From Eledone cirrhosa (Eukaryota), in the NCBI GenBank assembly GCA_964016885.1, contig OZ024740.1:93124001-93188000 (forward strand): DNA of 64,000 nucleotides. The letters are read 5' to 3'. Shown here piece by piece: positions 14,425-29,050 of this stretch. Position 1 is the stretch's first letter. Each line of letters opens with the position of its first letter. A program made the position numbers and the translations under genes. The notes under the pieces were generated by a model that was not told the origin of the DNA, made no database searches, and was given only the letters and a program-made list of their open reading frames with translations.

Positions 14425-14590
14425 TGTATATATATATATATATATATATCTATTAAAATAAGAGATTAAAGTTTAACCAAAGGATCGTTGCTTTCACCCT
14501 TAACGGGATCTTCTGAAACAAATATATACTTCATATATACTTACCCTTATCGAGACCTCTTTGGATTTTATTCTTCAAATTTATTATTAT

Positions 14591-14624
<34 letters not shown>

Positions 14625-14889
14625 CTGCATCCCACACTTCCCCATATCGACCCGTTCCATGGTACTATAGTCATGTAAGTATTTCTTACCTATTTACAAT
14701 TGCCACATGTAGAACGTACTTGAATTGTGATTCTATGTCTGTATATTTCAGTGTGTATATGTGTTTATGTATGTTTGTGTGTGTGTATAAATATATACAT
14801 TTTGAGTATATGTTGGTTGTATACCAACACCGCAGTATGCAGATTGGAGCACTCGACGAAGTGCGCAGGTTGGTTTAGTTACTCCGGTG

Positions 14890-14998
14890 TAATGTAAAAT
14901 AAAATAAAATAAATAAGTCAAATATTTAAAATTTGGCTTCGTCTATTTATAAAGGAAGCAACATTTTAAACATTTGACTCATTTATTTTATTTTATAT
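14890..14998. repeat. Small imperfect palindrome
   Basis: aaataaataagtcaaatatttaaaatttggcttc mirrors gaagcaacattttaaacatttgactcatttattt. Confidence 0.6.
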
Positions 14999-15029
14999 AT
15001 ATATATATATATATAAATATCTTTAAGTC

Positions 15030-16496
15030 GTTTTGAAGCCTCGACAATGCAAATGGGTAAATTTCCGGGTAACAAGATCCGGTGGTGGAGAGAGAGATGT
15101 AAGTGTGTGTACATTGAAATGCGTGTTGTGTATAAGACGTGTAGAAGATTGAAGGAAAGAGTATAAAGGATAAAATTAAAATAAGAACACGAGAGAGAGT
15201 TACTTTGGGAGAGATTTAATTGTCCCTATATATTTCTGATTCACATCCATCAACTGGGGTTTTTTCCGGGGTGGGGGAAAGGTTTCTGTCGGAAAGGAGC
15301 GAAACACGTCCTCCGCTGTTTGTTGTTTTGAATACCTGAGGTATTCAGCAGAGCGCGCGTGCGCGTGAAATGGGGTGGGTCGGGCAGAGGTCAGCGGCCG
15401 AATGTGGGAGTGGGGTGGTGCTAGCTGTCACTCCATTATCTGCTTGTTAAATGTTACTGTGTGTGTGTGCGTATGTCGTTGCCTCGCTTGAGTGTGTGTG
15501 TGTTGTTGCCTTGTTCCTCTGTATTGGCAGTGTAGTATGTTCGTATGGTCGAATGCTACTGTGTATGTGTGCGTGCGTGTGTTGCTTCATCGTTTGTTAA
15601 CCTAAACCAGCCACTTCATTTCGCTTCTCTCGGATCGATTGTTTATTTGCGGTTCAAGGCGTTTGATAAAAAGTGCTTCCTTTTGAACGTAACGTGCCGA
15701 CGTTTCTTTCAGTCGCTAGAATTGTCACAATGGGCCTTCCGTCTTTGTTTCCGCATTTGTCTATGTGTTTCCGGAAAGACGAGGCCCTGGTTTTAGTGTG
15801 TTCCTTGCTCTGGATGTGCAAAGGTCGGATTGTGCTACCTATATAGTATTGGTTGCACCTGTCACATTCTATCTTATACACGACGTATGTGCGTAGGCAA
15901 CAGTTCGCATTGCGTATCGGGCAGTCTCTGAGGGAGCCCGTGTCAGTAGATTTCCCAGGTTTCCTGGAGAGGCATCTTCGCAGGGAGGGGCCCGACTGGG
16001 CCAGGTGGATGTGGAGGCCCTCCCTCCGTATAGCCTTGGGGATAGCGTTGGTGGTATTCTCGCCCAGGTGTAGCATTTTAAGGAAGCACTTGCCTTGGGT
16101 GCCACTCTGTCTCTTGCGTCTGGTTTCTTCTACTCTGTCTGTGAGCGAGGTAGGGTACCCGTTCGTCTCCAGCACCTTGAGGAATCGCTTCGTATGAGTG
16201 AGACCACTCGCGGGATCGCTGCATCTGTTTTTGATTCGCGCGATCTTGTTCGTGATGTATCCTCTTTTGGCACTGTTAGGGAGGGCGGACTTGTAGTTAA
16301 CGAACAGGTCCCTGCAGGCTGGCTTTCGGTAGAAGTTGCAGTGGATCCTTCCCTGTTCCGTGATGTTGATTCGGGAGTCGAGGAGGGCAAGTGACCCGTC
16401 TTCGTTGGGGTGTTCAACACTGAAGTCAATGTCCTCGTCCGTGTTGTTGAACGTCTCATAGATTCTGTTCGCCGTGTCTTGGGAAGATGTGAGGAT
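15030..16496 (-). mobile_element. 5'-truncated Penelope-like element (RT thumb + GIY-YIG + 3' UTR)
   Basis: ORF 15654-16175 reads CPIRNANCCLRTYVVYKIECDRCNQYYIGSTIRPLHIQSKEH; upstream of it are LALLD, FYRKP and LETNGYP. Confidence 0.85.
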
Positions 16497-16519
16497 GGCA
16501 ACCGAATGCAGTCATTCAA

Positions 16520-19500
16520 TGCCGTTTGTATCATTGTATTGGTAATTTAGAAGATACCCCAGGAGAGAGGTCTCGATTCGCTCAAATTTAACTTAACGAT
16601 CAAGATTATAGTGAATCGGAGGAAGATATCTGGATCAGTTGGCTGAAGTTGCCTGGAAATACAACTGAACTTGAACGGCAAAGGTTAAGTGATTTGATCC
16701 GTGATTTGCAACCATGACTTAGACAGTGTAATCATTATGTCATGGAATTCATGTTGGTGGCTGAACTGCAAAATGTTCAGCAGCAAACATTGGTGATTGT
16801 GGCTGACGCAGTTCCAATGAATCAACACGAACGGCGATATAATACCCCTGGAGGATTTCGTGAAGTTGCTGTGTTGATGGACGATAAGCCTGGATCGAGA
16901 GATATCGTCCTCAATCGCAGAGATGGTGGTCTCAAGAATATCAATGAGTCAAATAGGGCATACGATCCATTGCATTGTGTTATTTTATTCCCAAAAGGTG
17001 AAAATGGATGGAACATGTCTGTTCATTTAGATGATCATGAGAATCAGCATCAACAGGAGGTGGAAATAGACACAATAATTCAAATCGCGACTTTTACGCG
17101 TTCCATTTGAATGAGAGGAATCAACAGAGAAATGCGCAATTTCAAGCCAGCAGATTGTTCCAGGAATACTGTTGTATGGCATTCGCAAAGATCGAACAGA
17201 TCGAAAATCAAAGGCTATATTATATAGCTACACATCAGCAATATATCAGAGCTGAATTGTATAATGATATACAGGATGGGTTAACAGCCGATGCTGCCAA
17301 TTACAAGCAAATTGGTCGACGCATCATTTTGCCATCGTCTTTCATCAGCGGCCCGAGATATATGATCATTCGCTATCAGGATGCAATGGCTATTGTCAGA
17401 AAGTTTGGAAAGCCAGATTTGTTTATAACGATTACATGCAATCATGAATGGACTGATATTAAGGATGCACTTTTTCCAGGGCAACAGCCAAAGGACCGTC
17501 CTAATATTGTAGCAAGAATGTTCAAAAGATATCTGAAAAATAAAACGGATGATGTGGAAAAAGAGGGAATCTTTGGAGGTATAGTTGCTTGTACATACGT
17601 AATTGAATTCCAAAAAAGAGGATTGCCACATGCACATTTAGTGGCAATGTCAATGGTGCACAACCAATGCGGAGTGGCAAATCGGAAAGCGCCTTGCATG
17701 AACAATGGCCAATGCAGTAAGCACTATACGAAATATTTTGTCACGAACACTTCCGGGAACGATAGGAATGCTTATCCCTCATACAGAAGACGGTCACCTG
17801 CCGATGGCGGTTTGGTCGAAAATGTAAACGGTCGGCAGATTACAAATCAATGGGTTGTGCCATACAATCCATATTTGATTATGAAATATCGTTGTTATAT
17901 TAATGTGGAAATGTATAGCTCAGTGAAAGCTTGCAAATATCTATTCAAATATGTGTACAAAGGTCATGATCAGGCAATGATCAATGTCAGGAATGAGGAA
18001 GCGAATCAAGTAGATGAAGTTGGCAGGTTCCAGCATGTTATTTCGATTGGATCTAGCGAAGCTTGCTGGAGATTGTTCGATTTTCATCTCAATGAACGCA
18101 AACTGAGCCTTCAGAAAATGACGGTTCACTTAGAGAATAGTCAAATGGTCTGTTTTAAGGACACTAGAAGAGGTGTCGAAAGAATTGCTAACGCACCCCC
18201 TCCTAAGACGGAATTGACTGAGTGGTTCAAGCATAATAGGGAACATGACTTGAACCCGGATCAAAAGCAACTCTACTGCGATTCCCCTTCGCACTATACG
18301 TGGGATAAGAAGGGAAAGAAATGGAAACATACCAGGCTGTGTGTCAACATCTTGACTCCTTCAGGATGACACTGAATGGAATAACGCCATGGAAGCTGCA
18401 GGAACAACACAGATGCCAACTCAAATAAGGCAGTGGTTTGTCACGATACTAGGATTCTGCAATCCTGCCGATCGAAGAGAGTTATTTGAACGCCATTGGG
18501 GAATTATGGCTGATGATTTTAGGCATCATCTTCAGGTCGATGATGAAAATTTGATGAAGGCTATTTTTTTGCTCAATATTGCACAACTGCTTGAAGTTCA
18601 TTTCAAATGTTTAAGAGATTTCAATTTACCAATTCCTGATGAAAAACTGCGACAACGTGTCTTAGCATTGATCATGAGATTGCAGTTTAGACGGTTGCCA
18701 TTAGTTTGGAGGGAACTATCCAGTTTGTTCCACTGGAACAGCAACGTATTGTGGATGAACGTATGCCAATGTTGACCCAATCTCAGAGAGAATTGATCGA
18801 TGGCGTTCCCCACTCGATTTCCACTAATGAGCAACTTTGTGCTTTCATAGATGCTCCAGGAGGCACCGGAAAGACATTCGGTTTCAACACTATGTTATCG
18901 GCAGTCAGAGCTCAGAGGAATAGTGCTCTCCCTGTGGCTACCAGTGGGATCGCTGCCACTTTGCTGAATGGTAGAATGACCTTCCACTCATGCTTCAAGG
19001 CTCCATTGGCTCCGGATGAGTTGAGTGTCTGTAATATTAAAGGACAAAGTGAACACGCGGGCCTTATTATTTGAGACGAGTCTCCAATGGCACACATATA
19101 TTTGCTGGAGGCATTGGACAGAACTTTGAGAGATATCTGCGGTAGTGACCTGCCATTCGGTGGTAAGACTACAGTTCTATGTGGCGATTTCAGACAGGTG
19201 CTACCAATTGTTATGAATGCTCAAAGAGCGCAAATTGTCGAAGCATGTCTGAAAAAATCCCCGTTGTGACGCCATTTCAGAGTTTTGCGATTACACGATA
19301 ATATGCGACTTCGTATGTTCGGGCAAAACAAAGAGGCTGAGACATACGGCCGATGGTTGATGTAGTTGGGAAACGAGAAATTGCCACGTTGGTGATAATC
19401 AGACTGTAAGAATCCCAGACCATTTGGTCATGCCACTGAACCGACAAGCATTCATTGACTGGGTGTTCCCTTATTTGAATGCTTGTGGGCAGAATATCTC

Positions 19501-20170
19501 CTGCATATCGGAACGCGTTATTCTAACTCATACGAATGCAACGGTCGATGAAATAATTTCACAAGTAGCCGGAATCCTTCTTGGAGAGGAATGGTTATCC
19601 GTCAGTGCGGATGCAATGGAGCCTAATCAACAGAACAATATGGATGTTCCGACTGAGTATCTGAATACACTTCAAACACCCGGATTTCCCCCACATTCTT
19701 TCAGGTTGAAAAAGGGTATGCCGATTATTTTGCTTAGAAATATCAATCATAAAATGGGTCTGTGCAATGGTACCAGATTGATTGGTGAGAGATTAATTAA
19801 CGGAAGAGTTTTAGAAGCTAAACTCCCAGGCAGGGAGGAATCGGTTCTCATTCCGAGGATCATGCTGAGACCAAGTGAAGATCTGCTGCCATTCATTTGG
19901 CAAAGGAGACAGTTTGTCGTCAATTTGGCATTCTCCATTACTGTCAACAAGGCACAGGGACAGACTTTCAATCGATCGGTGTCTACTTGAATGATCCAGC
20001 ATTCAGCCATGGGCAACTGTATCTTGCTGCATCTCGAGTGTGCGATCCTGATGGTATAAAATGTGCAATTGATACCACTAATAGAGGAACAACCCTGAAT
20101 ATTGTCTATAATGAAGCTTTGAGCAGATGTATGCATAGCTTTAATGCTATCAATAAGCGACGTAAATGAT
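16520..20170 (+). pseudogene. Helitron RepHel (HUH Rep + PIF1-family helicase), disrupted and 5'-truncated
   Basis: YDPL, ILPSSFISGPRYM, GKPDLFITITCN, YVIEFQKRGLPHAHL, VVPYNP, KYLFKYVYKG, FIDAPGGTGKTF, GDFRQVLP, LLRNI...GLCNGTRL, AFSITVNKAQGQT and FSHGQLYLAASRV; stops, frameshifts and internal deletions. Confidence 0.93.
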
Positions 20171-20681
20171 TCGGACATTGGTGTCCTTTCATCAGTATTG
20201 TGAGCTTTGACAGAGTTATCATTTAGGTTCAATGTATTTTATTGTCGATGATGAGCAATAAAAACCAACAGGTATTGGTAGAAATTGCCTTCAAATGTAT
20301 CGCTTCTGATTGCAATGGTAATAAAACCTCATCATATGCTGAGTCTGGCAAAAAGTGTGCTGCCTATGGCCGGCCAGGTCTAGAGTAATAATAAAAAAAG
20401 ATTCTATTTTCGTAGTAGAAGGATCCGCCATTTGGAGTTCAAACCAGGCCACCTCCCCGAGTTGAACTCTGGGCAATATTGACTGTCTATTACACAGTGG
20501 CTAAGAGCCTGGAAATTACTGAATAAATGTTTGTGTTATATAATTTTGTGTTTTATTATTATAGCTGACCACTTATAGATAAGCATGTTATGCATATCCA
20601 TATTAATTTGGCATTTGTATAAACCATTTCATGTAAATAGGGACCTTTTTTTACATTGACCGACATCTTTTATATTAATTA

Positions 20682-21041
20682 TCTATATCTATGTCTACAT
20701 ATAATATAAAAGATTGGAACTTCCATTATCCTTTGGAGAAACGTGTAACAACCACGGCTATGCAATGATACACGTTTTACAGTCAAGCAGAAGATATACC
20801 ATCTCCTAGAGGTTACTATTCTAGGTGGGATCACATAGAATGGTTCATATACTATGCACAAACGGTACAACGAAGAATCTGGTATATCTGGAATATTCTT
20901 TTTACTGTTTTTTTGTATCACACCTTCACCACGGACTCGCCTCAGACTGTAACCAGACAAACATCCAATACAATCATTTTCTCTTTTACCTGTCTTCTCT
21001 TATCATCTGTTTACCCGGGCGAAGCTGGGTACGTCAGCTAG
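20682..21041 (+). mobile_element. Non-autonomous Helitron (~360 bp)
   Basis: 5' A|TCTATATCTA; subterminal hairpin ACCCGGGCGAAGCTGGGT (21013-21030); 3' CTAG|T. Confidence 0.8.
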
Positions 21042-21527
21042 TATGTATATATATATATCGTAATGTGTGTACATGAGAGAAGAAAGAGGGACATATTCTT
21101 TTTCATCAGCCAATAACTAGAGATTATTATGGTTTAAATATTGAAAGGCTTTAAATTTGGAACCATTTATTTATGTGCACTAAGTATGAAGGAAACGCGA
21201 TAGGGAAACATATACTACCACAGTAAATACATTAAATGTGAAAGTGTGTACAACAAAGCTGTAGATTTCACCAGTGACGCAGTCAGACGTATATGTTAGG
21301 TTAGGTGATTCGGCAACTCAAAGCATCAGAAGTTTTCACTGCTATTTGTTCAATGTTAAACCTGTTGTAAAGCTGACGGTACTGGAATGACTTGTGATCT
21401 ACCAACTGTCGGGAAACGAAACTCGAGTGACCACTGACTTTACCGTGTTGCTGCTGGAGTATGAATCGGTGACTGTTGTAGATGTATTGAGATCGAACCC
21501 GATAATCAACGATGACGTATATATATA

Positions 21528-22009
21528 TCTACTCACTCATAATTTTACTGTGAAACTCTCTGTAACGTCTTCAATACCAAATGTGGGAGATGGTCGATGG
21601 GGCCATTTATAGAAGAAAGGGCATCATCCATTATTTGGAGGTTATATTCGGTGTCACACTATCAGACAAGACATTTAAAGACATTCCTGATACAATGTTA
21701 AATATGAGAAACCTGCAACAACCACGTCTATGCAATAATATACGTTTTAAAGTCAGGCAGAAGATACACCATCTCCTAGAGGTCACTATCCTAGGTGGGA
21801 GCAAATAGAATTGTTCATATACTATGCACAAACCGTACAACGAGGAATCTGCTATATCTGGAAGTTTTTTTTTACTGTTTTTTGTATCACACAGACACCA
21901 CGGACTCGCCTCATACTGTAACCAGCAAACATCCAATACAGTCATTTTCTCTTTTACCTGTCTTCTCTTATCATCTGTTAACCCGGGCGAAGCTGGGTTC
22001 GTCAGCTAG
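21528..22009 (+). mobile_element. Non-autonomous Helitron (~480 bp), same family
   Basis: 5' A|TCTACT; the 3' ~300 bp is shared with 20735-21041; hairpin at 21981-21998; CTAG|T. Confidence 0.82.
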
Positions 22010-22529
22010 TATCATTAATTTGAACATGTAAAAAATGAATAATGATCTCGATATGCAAATGATGAATAATTCCTGTAAATTAAAAAAAAAATAGTGAGAA
22101 GTCTCTGCAAGGAATTGAACCAAGGATATCACATATTTTTTCACCAACACTTCAAACCTCACCAGCCATGGAATTACCGTTATTATACAAATTATATATG
22201 TAATGAATTTCAACCACTATTCAGGTAACTTACAACTTGCAAAATATTTGAAACCACACGCAGATAGTCCTATTGACATTTGATAACTTTTAGATAATAT
22301 TTCAATAAATAGGGTAAGTTTATTCTCCTCAAGGGTGACGCCAATGGGAAATCAAGCAAAGCACCGTTTCTACCCTGGGTGAGGACAAATGACTTCTAAC
22401 AGGAAATTACCGTATTTTTCAAATGTTTTCGAAACGTGTAAACAAATACATGGAATATTGTGAAATTCTAAATTTTGAAATATAATTGACATTCTGTAAG
22501 CAATAATCTGAGAAAAACAAAACAAATAA

Positions 22530-24263
22530 CACCGTGTAACATATTTTCCCCCCAGTTCTAAGTGTCATTTCATGGTTTTTCATATCCGATTATCATAACA
22601 GAAACACTATTATGTAATCAGAAGTTTGGGTTTGGGGTCAGGATTTTGATATTTCGAAATTTTCAGATTTAAAAAAAACAACATTTATTTAAAGGTTTAT
22701 CAGTTCATATAATTAAATCAACAGAATATATATATATTTTTATTACACAAGCTTATCAAAAGCAAACAAGTAAAAACAAATAACAGTTATAAAGCAACCT
22801 ATACACGTCAGAAATGACTGGATTTCCTGGATTTGCGGTTTTAGTTCAGGTCTCATTCGCGCACTAGCCCCCAGATATAGACCACCATCAATTTGTCATT
22901 GTAGTGGCCCTGGTACCTCCGCTCTATCTCTTTCACATCTTGGTGGAATCGTTCGCCTTGTTCTTCTGAGTAGGCGCCCATATGGTCCTTGAATTTTTCC
23001 AGGTGAGCGTCTAGCATATGGAGTTTAAGCGACATCCTGCATCCCATGGCGCCAAAAGCCTTTATCAGATGCTCCACCAGTTGATGGTAGTTTTCAGCTC
23101 TGTAGTTGCCCAGGAAGTCCTTAACAACTGCCTTTAAACAGTTCCATGCTGTTCTCTCAATCCTATTTAGCTTATTGGAGAAATCGGTAGACTCAAGCAT
23201 TCTATTTATCTGGGGTCCAACAAAATTCCACCTTTGATTTTGGCCTCAGATAAATTGGGGAAGAACTCAAGAAGGTACTTAAAAGCGGCTGTTTCTTGGT
23301 TGAGAGTCTTCACAAACTGCTTCATCAACCCCAACTTAGTGTGCAGTGGCGGCATGAGCACAATCCTGGGACCAACCAGTGGCTCCCACATGACGTTCCG
23401 GGTCCCACCTACAAATTATGTTCGCTGCTCCCATTTCTTTCTTTTGTAGCGGTCAGATGTGGCTCTGCGGGCCCAAAGGCAGAGGAAGCATTGGAACTTG
23501 ATAAAACCTCTTTGGAGACCAAGCAGGAAAGCCATCATCTTGAAGTCTCCAATGATTTCCCAATTGTTCTGGTTGTATTGCAGAGCTTCCAAGATGACTT
23601 TCACACTGTAGTAATCTTCCTTCAGGCAGACTGAATGAGCCAGGGACAGTGTCGGGAACTTGTTTCCATTGTGGAGGAGGACAGCCTTCAAACGTGTAGT
23701 GGAGCAGTCTATAAATAGCCGCCACACCTTCGGCACAAACGGCAGCCAATAACGTCAAACAGTCCAGGCACGTAATGGCAGAAGCAGAGGCCATCCCTAA
23801 GAGTGTAAAAGCCTGAGAAATATTCGTGTCGACTTCTATGACTTGTCACCTGCACTTCCTCCTTGACCAAGTTCCGCTGCTTCATCATGGAGACGAATGC
23901 TTAAAACACAACTTACCCTTTATTCAGTGTGCGAAAATCCAGTATCAATATATCTCTTTAATCCACTTTTTAACAATTTTATACTTTATTGCACTTTTAT
24001 AATTTTCTTTATGTATTACTCTTTATTTTATAATTTTAATTTAACCAGAAACATATATAACAAATCATTTAACCTAAGCAAATTAAACTTACATGCAATT
24101 TAAAACCCAGCATACGAATAATTCTAGTGAATAGCTTAGCATTTTTACAAACCCAAACTCTTAACTGTTTAATAGCACTTTTTTTAATTTATTTGGGACC
24201 TAAGCAACACAAAAAAGTGATTACAAGCCAGGATTAGAGAAAAAAAAAATGTGTTACACGGTC
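22530..24263 (-). mobile_element. Chapaev3-like (CMC) DNA transposon with a decayed transposase
   Basis: TIRs accgtgtaacatatttt (22531) and aaaatgtgttacacggt (ending 24262), 16/17 match. ORF pieces WRLFID, LKAVLLHNGN, IIGDFKM, CFLCLW, PPLHTKLGLMKQFVK, MSLKLHML and SEEQGERFHQD. Superfamily call is from motif recall. Confidence 0.75.
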
Positions 24264-27200
24264 TGATCAATTACCAAAATATATGATGGCTATAGGATTT
24301 GGTCTATTAAACATGAGAATAACTGTGATATTGACTGGCATTGCTATTCATTCATACAAATAATATACATTCGTCGAATGTTGTAATATCAGAGAATATA
24401 TTGTTTTGCCGTTACAGATCATTATAAACACCATATTTCGGAATTGAATTGGAATATCATGCCTGTGACAAATTCATTAATGCTGACAAAGCAATCGATT
24501 TAACTGCGCCTGATAATAAAACTCCATAAAGTTGTTGGATTTCCTGGAATAATCACGCCTGTCTACGACCTATACACTATCAGGAAATAACATGCTGATA
24601 TATGTTCTGCCGGTAGCAACGCATTATACTTCTAGGACATTCTCTGTACCTTAAATGAAGGCGATTGCATTTTATGTTTTTTTTTTAATAGAGTAACTAA
24701 ATTAGTGTAAACTTTCTTATGTTGAATTATTCGATTTTACATTTTTTAAATGAACGTATTAAACAAAGCTACTTTGCCCGAGTGTATACAATTCATTCTT
24801 GTTTATACAATTTTGCTCAGTAAATAGAAATAATTATTACCAGCATCCATATATTTCGGAATATGACATTAGCGAAACGCTCCGCGTTCAATATTATTTC
24901 CATTTACTTTTCAGGAAAGTTGATGAACACAATATCATCGAGATATTTAAACTTTACATAATCTTAACTATTTTATCCCGTTTGTAAAATAAGTTGGATT
25001 ATTTGAATAAATAATGAATGAATATTAAATAATGTTTCTACTAAATTTAGTAATTCTTGATTAAATATGAATAATGTTATTGCTTATTTCAAGATTGTCT
25101 TCTTTAAAATGTTCAAATGCCAACACTTCCGGTTAGCGATCGCTTATAAAAATAATACATATCGTCACTAATTTTTAAAAATAACACATAGCGTCACTAA
25201 TTCTTTTCCTAATGAAGTTTATATATAATATCGTCTTTTTTAATGTATTATGGATTGCTTAACTAGTTACAGAAGAGAGTGTAATGCAGACTTCGTTCAA
25301 TTTCTGTGTATATTGTCAATTACGATAGCATTTGACGTATCATATATATATGTGTATATATTTGCGTATACTATCAATATGCACAGTACACATGCTAGCA
25401 GCATAAACAACTCTTCAGTTGTTTTTTTTCTGCTAGTACTGCTAGTACAATTAATGTATATACATGCGTTTATAATCGTGTAAGAATCAACGTGTAAATT
25501 GAAAAACATGTTGGCGACTGATATGAAGAAACAATAACGATTGAGACAGTAGTGATAATAGAGACTTAGTTTTACAAAGGCAATAAACTAAATGTGATAC
25601 AATGTGAAATGTACACAGTTACTGCATATTTTAGTTATAATTAAGGTATGGTTTTTGCCTTAATTACAATTCTATTCTTTCAATAAACCTCTGCCCTCTC
25701 AGTCTACTCGCTGCGAATTGAGATTATTGGTGAAAACATAGACCAAAATGAAATGAGCATATTGGCTGATGAAATTGTATTTTTAACTCTTGATTTTTCT
25801 GTTTCACATCCCTCAAATATTATTTCCAACTCGAATCAGCTCTACATGACGATGTCAACTCTTAGAACATCGAGGATTCGTAAAACAGAATGGCACTTCC
25901 ACGAGCAACACATTTCCTATTATTGATTGATGCTGCTTTGAGTATCGTAGGTGATAGACAGTTATGTACCATAAACACTTCCTCATATCATCATAAAATG
26001 GTTATCTCATCTACTGTCAACCTGTACTCTAAAAAAAAAGGCATTCTATTCTGCAGTCGATTATCTGATTGTCACTCTCAAGGCTGCTACTCTAAATGAC
26101 ACTCACCGTCGAGAGCGATTCAAACCAGTCGGATAGTCCCATAACTACTATGCCAAAAACCTTGTAGAAAGTAAAGACGTTATAGAGAATTTTAAACACG
26201 AACGTATTTTGGTGCAGATAGCGTAAGCTGTGCGAAATCCCGAGAACAGGAATAATTTCACCCCAAACAATATAATTTATCTGCAGTTGTTAGAGTTGAT
26301 TTTGAATGTAGCGTCGTTCAAGGAAATGTTAAATACATATGAGAATGAAATTACAATCTAGTAATAATTCTTATTAACAAAAATAGTCCTAATTATAATG
26401 AAAGTTTGAAAATTTACTCGTGTATTAACAGTGCGTGTTGTATCCAGCTTTTCCTGAAATGTTTTAAATATGCATGATCGCAATTGAAATACACAGTAGA
26501 TAAATACATTCTACGGGTAAAAAAAAAACGAGCCGACATGCGGTTTACTACTTATAATGTTAATGATTTTAAACAAACAAACACAGAGACATATACACAC
26601 ACACATAGTCAATATAAAACTCACATATCTATAGTACAGTATATTCAGCCACGGCAGCCACCGTGCCCTATGTAAAGCAACGGTCTTCCCAAAAGAGACC
26701 AATTTATCTTTTATTTGTTATCCTCCTTGATACCTTGCTGGTTGACTTTATCCGTAACATGTATGAACAAATCCATTCCTTGGAAAATGTGCGTGGTACA
26801 GCAGCTCTCAATACGACTGAATAACAGCTCTAAATTGAGCACATTCATGATCTCAATATTAGGCATATTTTGAGTGACGTAACTCCAAAAGACCCTTGCA
26901 AGAACGCCACTTCCCTAGCGTGTAATAGTGATTGTGTTTAATTAATTACTACTGAATGAATGTGACATGTGACGTTTCATCATATATTCGTATATAAATA
27001 TAACGGCATTCGTATAGGGTTTTCAAGAAACAATAATATGATCTGGTCTTTAAGCTTTTAAAATTACAGTCTTTCACTTCGTTTCATATTAATAACGGTT
27101 CTGTTATAAAATATTAATTGTGACATGAGGATTTCAATTATATACTAAAAATGTAATTAAAATTACACATTATTCCTTCATCATGGAGAGATCATCAATA

Positions 27201-27723
27201 TTGTATGTAACTGGGTCGATAATATAAGCTGTTAATCACTCAGTGCATGGGAGAAAACAGTAGTGATTATCGTTTACAACCAACAAGATATATTATCAAG
27301 ACATTGCAACACCTGAAAGATAGGCATTTCAACAATCAGGAGAGATGCTATTTTGCCAAGCATTACACTGAATCTTCGGTAAAATGGATGATCTTTTCTG
27401 CGCTTTCATCAGTAAAAGAGATTGAACCCTGTTATTTTGAGAACAGGAATTTCGTATGGCGGCTTTGTGTATTTCTATTATAGGCTTTCCCTCAGATAAT
27501 ATATTAATATTTTATTCCTAAAATATCCCTTTCATATTCGTGAGATAGCTTTACAGAAGGCATTATTATGTCTAATATAGATTGTTATTCATGTTTTCTT
27601 TGATTATATTCTGAATTTAGAAATTTGCTTGAAATCATTCGTGTCAATGAAAAAGCTAATTGCTTTCTTTATGAATAATGGATATCACTTTTGATACTCA
27701 AAGTATAGATAATATATATGTAA

Positions 27724-27867
<144 letters not shown>

Positions 27868-27877
27868 TATATATATG

Positions 27878-28975
27878 TAAGTGGAGGCTTAGTAAAATTG
27901 AATCTTTGGCCGTGAGCAGGCAATTTTGACCTACGATATGAATGAGTTAGCAAAGCACTCGATAAGGGTAGGTCCTTAGAGAAATAAGATACGTTTAAAT
28001 AGCTTGACAAATTGAACATTGTGGTAGGCAAAATCCAACACACAATACCAAAGTAACGAAAATACTAACAGGTTGAAAAAATATACCTGGACAAATCAAA
28101 CGTTATACGTTTAAAGTTTTTCTATGAAATCCGAAATCAAATATCAGACTTACGTTACAGGTGAGCTCGTGGTATTCATGATCGAACGAAGGACTCATTT
28201 CAACAACAGGACCATCGTTCTACCAAATAACGGGCCAAACACTAAACGGTGCTGCTAACAGCAAGCGCATCGAACGTTTAGCTGTCACGTGTTGTTTCCA
28301 ACAAGGGAAACAACCCCCGCCTTTTGGCGAGTAGATTCAAAGTGTTAGTCTAAGGAAATATTATTATTTCCGCTAACATTCAGAATAAAGCTCTTGACAA
28401 GATGTTATTAAGCAAACTGAAATAATTAACCAATCAACAGAATTGTCTAATTAAATTAATTAGTTAATTATTAAATCTAGGAGAACATAATATAAGTGGA
28501 GGCTTAGTAAAATCGAATCTTTGGCTGTGAGCAAGCAAATTCGACCTACAATATGAATGAGTTAGCAAAGCACTCGATCAGGGTAGGTCCTTAGAGTAAT
28601 AACATACGTATAAATAGCTTGACAAATTGTACAATGTGGTAGGCAAATGCTAACACACAATACCAAAGTAACGAAAAAACTAATAGGTTGAAAAAAAAAC
28701 ACCTGGACAAATCAGAAGTTATACGTTTAAAGTGTTTCTATGAAATCCGAAATTAAATATCAGACTTACGTAACAGGCAAGCTCATGGTATTCCTGATCG
28801 AACAGAGGACTCATTTCATCAACAGGACTTTTGTTCTACCAAAGAACGGGGCGAACACTAAATGGTGCTGCTAACAGCAAGCGAATCGAACATTTAGTTG
28901 TCCCGTGTTATTTCCAACAAGGTAAACAACCCCTGGTTTTTGGCGGGTAGATTCAAAGTGTTAGACAAAGGAAAT

Positions 28976-28980
<5 letters not shown>
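27878..28980. repeat. Diverged direct duplication, ~480-bp units (27878-28365 and 28493-28980), between (TA)n tracts
   Basis: Both units start taagtggaggcttagtaaaat and end ...aggaaatattat. Confidence 0.85.

Positions 28981-29050
<70 letters not shown>

Noticed and set aside
20405-20510. B-box-like GAGTTCAAACC
   Set aside because: No cloverleaf or clear A-box; at most a SINE scrap.
25700-26920. Possible host exons (open frames ~25700-25929 on + and ~26715-26916 on -)
   Set aside because: Short, with no recognisable protein motif or convincing splice pair; would need RNA-seq or BLASTX.
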